DNA of 64,000 nt. Origin: a virus. The stretch's first letter is position 1, and every line of letters starts with the position of its first letter. A program made the position numbers and the translations under genes. Below, in pieces: positions 45,071 through 54,241 of this stretch. The notes beneath the pieces were generated by a model that saw only the letters and a program-made list of their open reading frames with translations, did not search any database and was not told the DNA's origin. The stretch lies in IMG/VR virus record IMGVR_UViG_3300028827_000091, positions 4,106 through 68,105 of that record, one strand, 5' to 3'.

Positions 45071-45074
45071 AGAA

Positions 45075-45150
45075 GACCCTGTAGTTTAACGGTTAGAATA
45101 CCAGACTTTCAATCTGGTGGCGGCGGGTTCGATTCCCCCCAGGGTCACCA
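45075..45150 (+). tRNA. tRNA-Glu(TTC)
   Basis: CCAGA-CTTTCAA-TCTGG; CCA. Confidence 0.9.
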
Positions 45151-45301
45151 TCACTGGAAGAAATGAGAACAGCCATAAATATGAAAAGAGGTTGTTCTAT
45201 GAGCCAAGCATTTATATTTTACTATGTTCTCATTTCTTCCATACTTAAAATAGTGTTTGTGGGTATGGCATTATATTATTTTTTCAAGGAGTGGGGAAAA
45301 A

Positions 45302-45472
45302 ATGGCAGCAAAGCACAGACCAGGCAGAAAAAAGAGACCTTGCAAGGTAGCATACAACGCTTCCAAGAAATGGTTGATGAATAAGGTCAAAAAGATTCAG
45401 AGACATTTGAAGAAATTCCCCGAAGATGAATCTGCAAAGAGTGCTCTTAATCGAGCAATGTCAAAGATTTAG
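45302..45472 (+). CDS. Small basic protein
   Basis: SD GGAG/GGGG; NKVKKIQRHLKKFPED. Confidence 0.5.
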   Translation: MAAKHRPGRKKRPCKVAYNASKKWLMNKVKKIQRHLKKFPEDESAKSALNRAMSKI

Positions 45473-45480
45473 AGTTTTGT

Positions 45481-45553
45481 GCGCCTATGGTGTTAATTGA
45501 TAGCATAGTCGACTTCCATTCGACAGGTGTGGGTTTGAGCCCCACTAGGCGCT
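45481..45553 (+). tRNA. tRNA-Gly(TCC), divergent, no CCA
   Basis: GCGCCTA/TAGGCGC; GTCGA-CTTCCAT-TCGAC; D-loop lacks GG; T-loop TTTGAGC. Confidence 0.7.
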
Positions 45554-45555
45554 TT

Positions 45556-45788
45556 CTTTGAGAAGCTGACAACTTCTCCGGCAAACCAAAGATGTCGTTA
45601 TTATTTCTTTGGAGGTTCTCAGGTGTCCTCATCATCTGCCGACCGCAAGAATCGGTTATTTCTTGTTCCAATGCTATGGATGGATTATTTCATAGCCGGC
45701 ATCGACACTTGCCGTAACCCAGTGAATTGCGGTTTAGATGTTGCCGCTTGTCAAAAAACATCCAGTGGTGAGGTCGCGAACTCACCAC
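45556..45788 (+). ncRNA. Orphan structured RNA between tRNAs
   Basis: Stems GAGAAG/CTTCTC, CCAAAGA/TCTTTGG, GCTATG/CATAGC and terminal GTGGTGAG-GTCGCGAA-CTCACCAC. Confidence 0.45.
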
Positions 45789-45793
45789 GTTTT

Positions 45794-45868
45794 GCCCGCT
45801 TAGTTTAATAGGCAAAACAGTGGACTTGTAATCCTCTGATTCCAGTTCGAGTCTGGAAGCGGGCTCCA
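45794..45868 (+). tRNA. tRNA-Thr(TGT)
   Basis: Loop CTTGTAA; TCCA. Confidence 0.88.
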
Positions 45869-45878
45869 GTTCAGCAGT

Positions 45879-45955
45879 GCGCCTATGGTGTTCAATTGGT
45901 AGCATATGACATTGCCTCTGTCAAGGAAAGGGTTCGAGTCCCTTTAGGCGCTCCA
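45879..45955 (+). tRNA. tRNA-Gly(GCC)
   Basis: TGACA-TTGCCTC-TGTCA; TCCA. Confidence 0.88.
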
Positions 45956-46016
45956 ATTATCTCATCTGCCAAGCGCAGAAGGAGTTGGGATACAGGCTAG
46001 ACTCTTATCCTCGTTT

Positions 46017-46091
46017 GCCGCTATAGCTTAATGGCAAAGCGCGTTCTTGGTAAGGACGAGAGTGAGGTTTCGATTACCTCTGGCGGCTCCA
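46017..46091 (+). tRNA. tRNA-Thr(GGT)
   Basis: CGTTC-TTGGTAA-GGACG; TCCA. Confidence 0.9.
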
Positions 46092-46112
46092 GATAATATT
46101 GGAAGGAAAATA

Positions 46113-46229
46113 ATGGCACGTACACCAAGAAAAAATATGACTGTCGCAAAGAATGAAATCAAAAGAAAAATTGCGAAAAGAAAAGTAGAAAGAAAGCGTG
46201 CGAAAAAGAGCAGTCGAAGTTCGCTCTGA
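46113..46229 (+). CDS. Very basic small peptide
   Basis: SD AAGGA; MARTPRKN...KRKIAKRKVERKRAKK. Confidence 0.4.
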   Translation: MARTPRKNMTVAKNEIKRKIAKRKVERKRAKKSSRSSL

Positions 46230-46298
46230 GAAGCGTAGAGGTTGCGCCGCGGTCTGCAAAACCGTTGTTTTGAGGTTCGATTCCTCCTCAGAGCTCCA
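46223..46298 (+). tRNA. tRNA-Cys(GCA)
   Basis: GCGGT-CTGCAAA-ACCGT; TCCA. Confidence 0.85.
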
Positions 46299-46307
46299 GA
46301 CAAATGC

Positions 46308-46336
46308 TTGACGATAACGCCAAATTGATATATAAT
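46308..46336 (+). promoter_or_regulatory. Sigma70 promoter
   Basis: TTGACG-N17-TATAAT. Confidence 0.75.
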
Positions 46337-46359
46337 TGTTTTGTGAAAGGAGGAATCGA

Positions 46360-46587
46360 ATGGCAGCAATAGAGTTCAATCCTGAAAAGATGCCGGCTTG
46401 TATTGCTCACGCTTTCATTCCTAATTGTTTCTGGTGTGAAAGTAAAAAGGATTTTGTTCAATATCGAGAACTTGCAACAAAATACGTAGGAGCAAAAGCA
46501 AGAGAAAGCGGCTTTGAGTCCATCAAAAGAAGTTATCCGAATGCAACAATGAAGCATTTGATTTATGAATATTTTTTGCCTCAGTGA
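46360..46587 (+). CDS. Hypothetical protein
   Basis: SD AGGAGG. Confidence 0.55.
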   Translation: MAAIEFNPEKMPACIAHAFIPNCFWCESKKDFVQYRELATKYVGAKARESGFESIKRSYPNATMKHLIYEYFLPQ

Positions 46588-46668
46588 TGGAATTGGTAGA
46601 CATAGCAGGTCGAGAGCCTGCGGCGAAATTAGAGTAGCGTGGAGGTTCGAGTCCTCCCTGAGGCACCA
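46578..46668 (+). tRNA. tRNA-Leu(GAG), C33
   Basis: GCAGG-TCGAGAG-CCTGC; long variable arm; CCA. Confidence 0.85.
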
Positions 46669-46672
46669 AAAT

Positions 46673-46748
46673 GGCCTACTGGTGTAATGGTTCAACATAC
46701 TGGATTGTCTCTCCGGAGCTCGGGGTTCGATTCCCCGGTAGGTCGCCA
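46673..46748 (+). tRNA. tRNA-Asp(GTC)
   Basis: CTGGA-TTGTCTC-TCCGG; GCCA. Confidence 0.9.
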
Positions 46749-46758
46749 GAACAAGAAA

Positions 46759-46834
46759 GGCTCTGTAGCATAAATGGTTGATGCGCCGGTCTCATAAGCC
46801 GGAAAAGATGGTTCGATTCCATCCAGAGCCACCA
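46759..46834 (+). tRNA. tRNA-Met/Ile2(CAT)
   Basis: CCGGT-CTCATAA-GCCGG; CCA. Confidence 0.88.
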
Positions 46835-46847
46835 AAGAGGAGAAGAA

Positions 46848-47117
46848 ATGGCAACACTCAAGAAGGTTGATTTGTCGACAATAGGAAAGGCAAACTGTGC
46901 AACAAGGCTAGTTCTCAGAAAAGGCAAAAGAACAGTTTTTGAGAGTGACGCTCCGTTCGATGAGAAAAAGGCATCATCGAAAAAGGATTACTGGAAGAAG
47001 CCTTGCCCATCTTCTCATCAAGAGGTTCTCATTCCGTATGTTGACAAGAACGGAATGAAGCGTGCAGCACTTCATCGTGTTCGTAAAAGTAATCTAGAGG
47101 TTGTGCCAGCACTATAG
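46848..47117 (+). CDS. Hypothetical basic protein
   Basis: SD GAGGAG. Confidence 0.55.
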   Translation: MATLKKVDLSTIGKANCATRLVLRKGKRTVFESDAPFDEKKASSKKDYWKKPCPSSHQEVLIPYVDKNGMKRAALHRVRKSNLEVVPAL

Positions 47118-47119
47118 GT

Positions 47120-47196
47120 GCGCCTATAGCCCAATTGGTAGAGGCATCGGATTTAAGTTCCGACAAGTGTGAGTTCGACTCTCACTAGGCGTACCA
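47120..47196 (+). tRNA. tRNA-Leu(TAA), short variable arm
   Basis: TCGGA-TTTAAGT-TCCGA; CCA. Confidence 0.88.
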
Positions 47197-47199
47197 AAT

Positions 47200-47274
47200 T
47201 CTCTGGTAGTTTAACTGGTAGAACGCTTGACTCTGAATTAAGTGGTGGAGGTTCGAATCCTCCCCGGAGAACCA
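47200..47274 (+). tRNA. tRNA-Gln(CTG)
   Basis: CTTGA-CTCTGAA-TTAAG; CCA. Confidence 0.9.
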
Positions 47275-47282
47275 ATTTCAAA

Positions 47283-47354
47283 TGTGGGCGGGCATAGTGC
47301 TCCTTTAGGGCTCATAACCCTGAATGCCAGGTGCAAGTCCTGGGCCCGCAACCA
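47283..47354 (+). tRNA. Initiator-like tRNA-fMet(CAT)
   Basis: AGGG-CTCATAA-CCCT (three GC pairs); short D-arm; ACCA. Confidence 0.75.
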
Positions 47355-47465
47355 AATTAGGAGGAAAAATGCGTTTCATTCTGGTCTTTGCTGGAATATT
47401 TGTTGCGCTCTATACTGGAGCCTTTTTCTATATTGGATTTAAGGACTTCGATTATTCAGGATGAA

Positions 47466-47542
47466 GCGGGTATAGCCCAATTGGAAGAGGCGGTAGGTTC
47501 AAACCCTATTCAGTGAAGGTTCGACTCCTTCTACCCGTACCA
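47466..47542 (+). tRNA. tRNA-Leu(CAA), short variable arm
   Basis: GTAGG-TTCAAAC-CCTAT; CCA. Confidence 0.88.
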
Positions 47543-47560
47543 AATTAAAAGGAGGAAGCT

Positions 47561-48067
47561 GTGGGAAGCCTAAAATTTGAAAAATTGCTTAATGAACAGT
47601 GGCGAAGTCTAAACAAGAATGTCGTAGATATACGAACAGTCTTGAGTCCTTATACAGCTTCTGATGACCTGAACATTCACATCGGCACAGATGCACAGAA
47701 AGGCGGCGGCAAATTCACAAACTTCGTTGTTTGCATTTGCGTCCACGAAATTGGTCGTGGTGGTCGAGTTTTCTATTTGAAATTCAAGAACATTCTTGTT
47801 AGCAATCTTTGGGAAAAACTCTACAACGAAACAATGCTTTCTTTGCAGGTTGCAGTTGAATTGACTGAAATCTATCCTGAACTTAGACAGAGAATTCTTG
47901 TTCACGTAGATGCGAACCCTGATAAAAGGTATGCTTCGTCTGACCACGTACAGGCTCTTGCTGGTATGATTGTTGGATATGGATTCAAACACATTTTGAA
48001 GCCTGATGCTTGGGCAAGCTCGCACGCAGCCGACCATCTCGTCAAGAATAAAAATTCTAAAAGATAA
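47561..48067 (+). CDS. RNase H-like YkuK/DUF458 protein
   Basis: IHIGTDAQ, GRGGRVFY, LYNET..S, VHVD, KPDAWASSHAAD. Confidence 0.8.
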   Translation: MGSLKFEKLLNEQWRSLNKNVVDIRTVLSPYTASDDLNIHIGTDAQKGGGKFTNFVVCICVHEIGRGGRVFYLKFKNILVSNLWEKLYNETMLSLQVAVELTEIYPELRQRILVHVDANPDKRYASSDHVQALAGMIVGYGFKHILKPDAWASSHAADHLVKNKNSKR

Positions 48068-48071
48068 TGTC

Positions 48072-48100
48072 TTGACATTCTTCTATATATAATGTAGACT
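48072..48100 (+). promoter_or_regulatory. Sigma70 promoter
   Basis: TTGACA-N17-TAGACT. Confidence 0.7.
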
Positions 48101-48129
48101 TATGGCATAAGTGAAAGGAGGATGTTTAT

Positions 48130-48387
48130 TTGAAGAAAAAACTTGACATTTCGGGTCCGAAAGGCAACGCATTTTTTATTCTTGCTCTTGCTTCAAAGTT
48201 GGCAGATACTGCCGGCCTTGATTCTGATATTGTTCTAGAAAAAATGAAGTCTTCGGACTACAACAACCTGCTCAGGGTGTTTAAGGATTATTTTGGTGAA
48301 CTTGTAGAATTTGTTTCGCCGTCGGAAATTCCGAGCGTAGAAAGTGAACTCTACACCATTGAGCCAGATTTGGGCGTCTATATCTAA
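48130..48387 (+). CDS. Conserved hypothetical phage protein
   Basis: LDISGPKGNAFFIL...MKSSDYNNLL. Confidence 0.7.
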   Translation: MKKKLDISGPKGNAFFILALASKLADTAGLDSDIVLEKMKSSDYNNLLRVFKDYFGELVEFVSPSEIPSVESELYTIEPDLGVYI

Positions 48388-48405
48388 CGTCCTATAGGAG
48401 GACAC

Positions 48406-49029
48406 TTGAGCAGAATTGAATCGTATTTAAGGAATATTAGTATTATCGCAATATTCCTTTTTTCGTTTGTGCTTGTTCCACTTAAGACAATTGATAATGC
48501 CAGCGACAAGATATTTGAGAATTCTATTCACACAGTCGAGGAATGGATTCCTAATGAAATCAATGCTTATGTTGATGATTATCCTTTAAGAAACAAGCTT
48601 CTAGACACAATATCAAATTATGTTTCTAATGAAGAAAAAGTTTTCCTCTATTGTGACCTCATTCTAGAATACAGCTATAAAAACGATTTGAATCCTTGGC
48701 TTGTTGCAAGTGTGATTGCTGTTGAATCTGGTTTTCGAGAAAAGGCACGGTCATTTGCTGGTGCTCGAGGATTGATGCAGGTGATGCCTAACTGGAGAGA
48801 ATCCTCCAGGACTGGCAACATTTATTTTTCTAGATGGCGAACTTATCGAGTCAATCTTTATGACCCCGAAACAAACATTCGATTCGGAACCCATATTCTT
48901 AAATACTATTTGGATAGATATAAGAATCCTCTTGTTGCCCTTGCTGCCTACAATGGTTCAAAAGGGAGTACTCGATATCCAGATTTGGTTCTTGCAAAAT
49001 TTGATTCTTTGATTGAAGAAGAATCATAA
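48406..49029 (+). CDS. Lytic transglycosylase (SLT) with N-terminal hydrophobic anchor
   Basis: IAVES, GARGLMQVMP, NIRFGT, ALAAYNG. Confidence 0.9.
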   Translation: MSRIESYLRNISIIAIFLFSFVLVPLKTIDNASDKIFENSIHTVEEWIPNEINAYVDDYPLRNKLLDTISNYVSNEEKVFLYCDLILEYSYKNDLNPWLVASVIAVESGFREKARSFAGARGLMQVMPNWRESSRTGNIYFSRWRTYRVNLYDPETNIRFGTHILKYYLDRYKNPLVALAAYNGSKGSTRYPDLVLAKFDSLIEEES

Positions 49030-49032
49030 ATA
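49025..49032 (+). promoter_or_regulatory. Late promoter CATAAATA
   Basis: Recurrent late octamer. Confidence 0.6.
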
Positions 49033-49215
49033 ATAATGTGTTTGGGCAGGCAGCACATCTTCGCCCTGAACAAGATTGCCGGGTTTCTTTCTTGTTCTAA
49101 AGACTGTGCTTTGACCTATGCGGAACTGGTTGGCACTATGCCGGTGTAGTGTCATTTGCGGTAAAGATATGAATGCCGACGCGCCTCTAGGTCCCAGTTT
49201 CAAAGGTAGGAGCAG

Positions 49216-49575
49216 ATGCCAAATTCCAATTTAACGAGGGATACTGTGAGAATTATCAAAGAGAATCCTGTCAAGTCAATGATTGCTATTGTGAGTGCAG
49301 TCGCGACATTGGTGACAGCAGCTTGGGCATTTGAAGATAGATACAATAACCTTCCACAAATTCAAGAAATACACATTGAACTCGTTGAATATGCAAATCA
49401 GGCGTATGAGAACAGAATTGATGATTTGGAAGATAAAATTTTCCTCCTAGATATGAAAGAGGCAAAAGGCATTGCTACTCCTGAAGATAAAGCACTCAAC
49501 CGTCGTTACAAATCTCGACTCAGAGATTTGAGAAATCGTAAAAAAACTTCCTACGATAGAAATCGAGCTCAGTAG
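49216..49575 (+). CDS. Single-TM coiled-coil protein (possible lysis accessory)
   Basis: SD AGGAG; TM segment MIAIVSAVATLVTAAWAF. Confidence 0.55.
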   Translation: MPNSNLTRDTVRIIKENPVKSMIAIVSAVATLVTAAWAFEDRYNNLPQIQEIHIELVEYANQAYENRIDDLEDKIFLLDMKEAKGIATPEDKALNRRYKSRLRDLRNRKKTSYDRNRAQ

Positions 49576-49582
49576 ATTCCAC

Positions 49583-49611
49583 TTGACAATTTAATCTTTA
49601 TTCGCTATACT
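49583..49611 (+). promoter_or_regulatory. Sigma70 promoter for the uvsX-gp41 operon
   Basis: TTGACA-N17-TATACT. Confidence 0.8.
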
Positions 49612-49641
49612 TTATCCTATTAAATCTTAAGGAGCGCGTAT

Positions 49642-49908
49642 ATGGCGGAGAAGAAATATGTCCACCAATTGATGTTGGACAAGAACGATGCCGTTCTTCT
49701 ATTTTCTAAGCATAACGAAGATGGTTCTCAATATGGAATTGAACTTCATATGCCTAAAAGGGATGAGAACGGAGAACTGATGCCTTATGAATATTTGCTT
49801 GCTGGAATTGCGATGTTCATTCAAGAAAAGAAGAATGTTGATTTGATTCTAGAATATTTTGATTCAAAAGTCAAAGAGGTAAGTGAGGGAAAAGAAGATG
49901 TCGAATAG
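49642..49908 (+). CDS. Hypothetical protein
   Basis: SD AAGGAG. Confidence 0.6.
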   Translation: MAEKKYVHQLMLDKNDAVLLFSKHNEDGSQYGIELHMPKRDENGELMPYEYLLAGIAMFIQEKKNVDLILEYFDSKVKEVSEGKEDVE

Positions 49909-50938
49909 TCTCACAGAGCGACTTCTCAAAAATTCAACTCTGAAAGGAAGAACAGCAACGCTCGATAAATCAAAAGTCCACAACAAAAGAGAGCTCGTAC
50001 CAACGCCTATTCCTGCAATCAATATTGGTCTTTCGGGTTCACCTACCGGTGGTCTTGGTTGTGGTTTGACTACAATTGCAGGCCCTTCGAAACACTTCAA
50101 GACATTGTTTGGTTTAATAATTACTGCGGCTTATATGAAAGCCAAACCGAATTCGGTTTGTGTTTTCTATGATTCGGAATTTGGAGCAGGAACACAATAT
50201 TTCAAATCTGTAGGAATAGACCCATCAAGAGTTGTTCATACTCCAATCACAAACATAGAAGAATTGAAGTTTGACATTATGAAACAGTTAGATGAACTCG
50301 AAGAAAAAGATGAAGTGATTTTCTTCATTGATTCAATCGGCAATCTTGCTTCCAAGAAAGAAGTTGATGATGCAATGGATATGAAATCTGTTGCTGATAT
50401 GACAAGAGCAAAGCAGCTAAAATCTCTTTGGAGAATGGTAACGCCTCATCTTAACCTGAAAGACATTCCACTCATTGCAATTTCTCATATCTATATGACC
50501 CAAGAAATGTTCTCAAAGGCAGTTGTTTCTGGAGGCACAGGTGGAATCTATGCGAGTGACACGATTTGGATTGTTGGTCGTCAACAGGAAAAAGAAGGAA
50601 GCGATTTAACAGGATACAATTTTGTCATTAACATCGAAAAATCGAGATTTGTGAAAGAAAAGAGCAAAATCAATGTGACTGTTCGTTTTGATGGTGGCAT
50701 AGATAAATGGTCTGGTCTTCTTGAACTTGCAGAAGAGTTCAACTACGTCTCAAAACCGAGAAAAGGATACTATGTTCGTAATTGTGTGAAAGATGATAAA
50801 CAAACACACAGAAAGAAAACATCTACAAAAGAATTCTGGGCTCCTATCTTTGAGAATACCGATTTTCTTAAAGATATCGAAAAGAAATATAAACTTGCAA
50901 CAGAAACACCAATTGTTGTAGAGGATGAAAATGAATAA
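49883..50938 (+). CDS. uvsX: RecA-like recombinase UvsX
   Basis: AGPSKHFKT, FYDSEFG, DSIGNLASKKE, ADMTRAK, IEKSRFVKEK. Confidence 0.96.
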   Translation: MREKKMSNSLTERLLKNSTLKGRTATLDKSKVHNKRELVPTPIPAINIGLSGSPTGGLGCGLTTIAGPSKHFKTLFGLIITAAYMKAKPNSVCVFYDSEFGAGTQYFKSVGIDPSRVVHTPITNIEELKFDIMKQLDELEEKDEVIFFIDSIGNLASKKEVDDAMDMKSVADMTRAKQLKSLWRMVTPHLNLKDIPLIAISHIYMTQEMFSKAVVSGGTGGIYASDTIWIVGRQQEKEGSDLTGYNFVINIEKSRFVKEKSKINVTVRFDGGIDKWSGLLELAEEFNYVSKPRKGYYVRNCVKDDKQTHRKKTSTKEFWAPIFENTDFLKDIEKKYKLATETPIVVEDENE

Positions 50939-51227
50939 AGAACTTAGCACTAAAGAACTTATCACACCTTATAAAGATTCTTTTTCGTATCAGCTCGTTG
51001 AATTGACACCCGAGCAGAAATCAGAAGAATATCCTGGCTCTACAGGGATTCTTATTGATGGCACTACAATTCGAATAGATGATTTATCTATTGGTGATTC
51101 GAAAGACCCTGTTCTAGATATTAAATATAAAATTGTTGAAGGGGTTCCAGAAAATCTGGAAGAATTAGAATCAAAATTGACAGCAGCAGTTATCGAATTA
51201 GTTAATGCTTATGTAAAGGAAGACTAA
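50925..51227 (+). CDS. Hypothetical protein at the gp40 syntenic position
   Basis: Lies between uvsX and gp41. Confidence 0.5.
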   Translation: MKMNKELSTKELITPYKDSFSYQLVELTPEQKSEEYPGSTGILIDGTTIRIDDLSIGDSKDPVLDIKYKIVEGVPENLEELESKLTAAVIELVNAYVKED

Positions 51228-52613
51228 TTGAGTCTAGAACCCATCTCAATTGAAGATGAAATCCTAACACAGCTTATTTACAATGAATCATATGCAAGGG
51301 CAGTTTCTCCTTATATCAAACCTGAGTATTTTGAATCTAGACCAAATAGGATAATCTTCGAAGAATATGATGCTTTTGTGAAAAAGTACGGGAATCCGCC
51401 TACGAAAGAGGCATTGATTCTCGAACTCGAAACTCGTGGCGATATTTCCGCAGATGATATGGAAGACATTCTGCGGAAAATTAGCGACCTTGCAAAGTAT
51501 TCTAAAAGAGAGAAGCCAGATGATGTTTGGTTGCTTGAAGCAACAGAAAAATATTGTTCAGATAGAGCAATATATCTGGCTGTTATGGAATCAATCAATA
51601 TCATTGATGGCAGTGATAAAAAGAGAAACAAAAATGTAATACCTGAATTGTTGGCAGATGCTCTGTCTGTTTCTTTTGATGAACATATCGGTCACGATTA
51701 TATTGAACAGGCCGATAAAAGATGGGAGTTTTATCACAAAAAAGAAAAACGCATTCGATTTGGGTTAGATTGGTTTAACAAAATAACAGATGGTGGTCTG
51801 CCCAAAAAGACGCTTTCGATATTTCTTGCTCCAACAAATTCAGGAAAAACTTTGGTGAAGTGTCACCTGGCAGCAGATTTTATGATGCACGGATATAATG
51901 TCCTCTACATTACAATGGAAATGGCAGAAGAAAAAATCTCAGAAAGAATCGATTCAAATTTGATGGGAATTGACATATCTGATTTGCGTGCTTTGCCGAA
52001 AGATATGTTCGATAGAAAAATCGAATTTATCAATTCGAAAACAACCGGAAGATTGATGATAAAAGAATATCCTACTGGTTCTGCTCACGTAGGCCATTTC
52101 CGTCATCTTTTACGAGAGCTTAGAATTAAGAAAAGATTTGTTCCTGATGTTATTTTCATTGACTATCTAAATATCTGTGCATCTAGCAGAATTCGAGGAA
52201 GCGAAAATACCTATGTTCTTATCAAGTCAATCGCCGAAGAATTGAGAGGTCTTGCTGTTGAACAAGATGTTGCAATAATATCTTCAACACAGACGAACAG
52301 GCAAGGTTGGGGCAGTTCAGATTTAGATATGAGCAATACCTCAGAATCTGCTGGTCTGCCAGCTACCGCCGATATGATGATAGGTATAATCGTAACAGAC
52401 CAATTGATACAAATGGGTCAAATGAAATTCAAACAATTGAAGAATAGGTTCACTGATGTTACGAAGAACGTAAATCATATTGTGAACGTGGAGCGCTCGA
52501 AAATGAAACTATCAGAATGCGAGGATTTTTCGGTCAACAAAGCAATTGCTCCGACAGCAGAGGAAAGAGCGACTAAAAACAACGAAGACCCATTCTCTAG
52601 TTTCAAAATATAG
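51228..52613 (+). CDS. 41: Replicative helicase gp41
   Basis: APTNSGKT, YITMEMAE, IKEYPTG, IDYLNIC, QTNR, QLKNR. Confidence 0.95.
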   Translation: MSLEPISIEDEILTQLIYNESYARAVSPYIKPEYFESRPNRIIFEEYDAFVKKYGNPPTKEALILELETRGDISADDMEDILRKISDLAKYSKREKPDDVWLLEATEKYCSDRAIYLAVMESINIIDGSDKKRNKNVIPELLADALSVSFDEHIGHDYIEQADKRWEFYHKKEKRIRFGLDWFNKITDGGLPKKTLSIFLAPTNSGKTLVKCHLAADFMMHGYNVLYITMEMAEEKISERIDSNLMGIDISDLRALPKDMFDRKIEFINSKTTGRLMIKEYPTGSAHVGHFRHLLRELRIKKRFVPDVIFIDYLNICASSRIRGSENTYVLIKSIAEELRGLAVEQDVAIISSTQTNRQGWGSSDLDMSNTSESAGLPATADMMIGIIVTDQLIQMGQMKFKQLKNRFTDVTKNVNHIVNVERSKMKLSECEDFSVNKAIAPTAEERATKNNEDPFSSFKI

Positions 52614-52629
52614 GATTCGTCCAGCAAAT

Positions 52630-52637
52630 CATAAATA
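52630..52637 (+). promoter_or_regulatory. Late promoter CATAAATA (leaderless)
   Basis: ATG 7 nt downstream. Confidence 0.6.
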
Positions 52638-52644
52638 ATACACA

Positions 52645-53940
52645 ATGATTTCATTCAGAAGTTACCTAGAAGAGAACAAAAAAGACAAAGCACAGAAAAT
52701 GGCGGCTGCAAAGGTTCTAATAAATTCTTTGCAAACAGTTGCCGTTAATCGTCCCGTTACAAATTCAAAAGTTACATATCACGTAAGAGCAGATATTGGC
52801 CCTGACCCAATTGTTGTTCTTGCTGGACTCGGGTATGCTGCAAAAGAATCTGCCGAACAAATATCTGGTCAATATACGACATATGATGTAGATGTCGATG
52901 GTACAAGAATTCTCTTTGTCAATCAACACAGAATAACAAAGGGTGGAACCTCAGCACTAAGAACGAAACAGTTGACTCCAGATAAACTGAATCTGTCAGG
53001 AACAACATTTCCGGCGATGAAGATTATTCATTATGTTGATAATCAATTAGATAGAATAACCAATATCGATGAAAAGATGAAGGTATTCTTGAAGAATCTT
53101 CTACGTGATGCAAATCAAAAAGGAACAACAATCAACATTGCAGATGAAGTTCCTGAGAATATTTCTGCCGCAGATTTGAAAACAATATCGAAAGATTATG
53201 GCGAAATTCTAGCAGGAATCTGGGCAACAAAGAACATTGGTTTCTCACAAATCTTTTTTCCTTCTGCAGAGAACGAACCACTCGTAGATTTCTACGGAAT
53301 CAGAGGAAAAATCAAGTATCCTGTATCTATCAAATCTGGTGGCGGCTCGGCAACATCTATCAAAAATTTAACGAACATCATTCGAGAAAAGCACAATTCT
53401 CCTGAATTTATGAATCAATTTACAGCTAAAGAGAAAGAATTGATTGATGTTCTCTTTTTCTTATCTGATATGCCAGTGATGGAATCAATTCTAACTGCCA
53501 ATATGAAACTGAACACAAAAGGATATAAAGCCCTTGCAAAAATAATTGGCACAAGAAATATCAATGTGAATGTCGTTAAAAACTGGATGGAAAACAAGAC
53601 CCACGATGAACTAGAAAAATTGTTGAAGCCTCTTTATGATGTAATAGGAAACAAACCAAAGAAGGAGTCTTGGAATTCTAGAAAAATGAAAGGGAATGAA
53701 ATTGGTTTTGTTGTGGGGCCTATGGGCCATTATCTTGTTTCGGAATTAAATAACAGGCATAATTTGGCTCTTTTGACGAAGATTGCATCTACCATAACAC
53801 TTCTTCAGTTGAATATTGATGTTAAAAAGAAAGTAATGTCATTCAAGCGTAAAAAATTCAAACAGGCAAAATTCAAGTTTTCTTGGCAAGGTGGAGCCCC
53901 GAACCCGAACAGAAACAGAATAGGTTTTCAGCAGTTATAA
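52645..53940 (+). CDS. Putative internal head protein with PD-(D/E)XK-like motif
   Basis: N-terminus MISFRSYLEE; KDYGE..EPLVDFY..ISIKS. Confidence 0.55.
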   Translation: MISFRSYLEENKKDKAQKMAAAKVLINSLQTVAVNRPVTNSKVTYHVRADIGPDPIVVLAGLGYAAKESAEQISGQYTTYDVDVDGTRILFVNQHRITKGGTSALRTKQLTPDKLNLSGTTFPAMKIIHYVDNQLDRITNIDEKMKVFLKNLLRDANQKGTTINIADEVPENISAADLKTISKDYGEILAGIWATKNIGFSQIFFPSAENEPLVDFYGIRGKIKYPVSIKSGGGSATSIKNLTNIIREKHNSPEFMNQFTAKEKELIDVLFFLSDMPVMESILTANMKLNTKGYKALAKIIGTRNINVNVVKNWMENKTHDELEKLLKPLYDVIGNKPKKESWNSRKMKGNEIGFVVGPMGHYLVSELNNRHNLALLTKIASTITLLQLNIDVKKKVMSFKRKKFKQAKFKFSWQGGAPNPNRNRIGFQQL

Positions 53941-54042
53941 TGTATTACCAAGGACACGATGAAGATAAGCAAACCTGGTTTGAAAGGAATATTTCTGTTC
54001 TGTGGGTAGCTATAGGATTTCTAATTATTATAGGAGGTTTTC

Positions 54043-54234
54043 TTGATAACACTTGAATATGAAGGTAGAATGCTTCGTGTTCCCGACAATTATATTGTTA
54101 TTGTCCGCCGTGGCGACGAGCTTATAGGATTGCCAGCATCAGAGGCCGATGGCGATGAGATTTTTCATATGAATATTTCGGAACGAGTAAAGGTAATATC
54201 TGGACGAACTGAAAAGAAAGAGAATCAGGAGTGA
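54043..54234 (+). CDS. Hypothetical protein
   Basis: SD AGGAGG before TTG. Confidence 0.45.
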   Translation: MITLEYEGRMLRVPDNYIVIVRRGDELIGLPASEADGDEIFHMNISERVKVISGRTEKKENQE

Positions 54235-54241
54235 GAACAAA

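Noticed and set aside
45302-45472. Ribosomal protein S15-like
   Set aside because: Only a short RHLKK.P.D resemblance, too little to support homology
40991-47542. Stop-codon recoding or suppressor tRNAs, often linked to theta ribozymes
   Set aside because: No CTA, TTA or TCA anticodon was found, and core genes are intact and end normally at TAA, TAG or TGA
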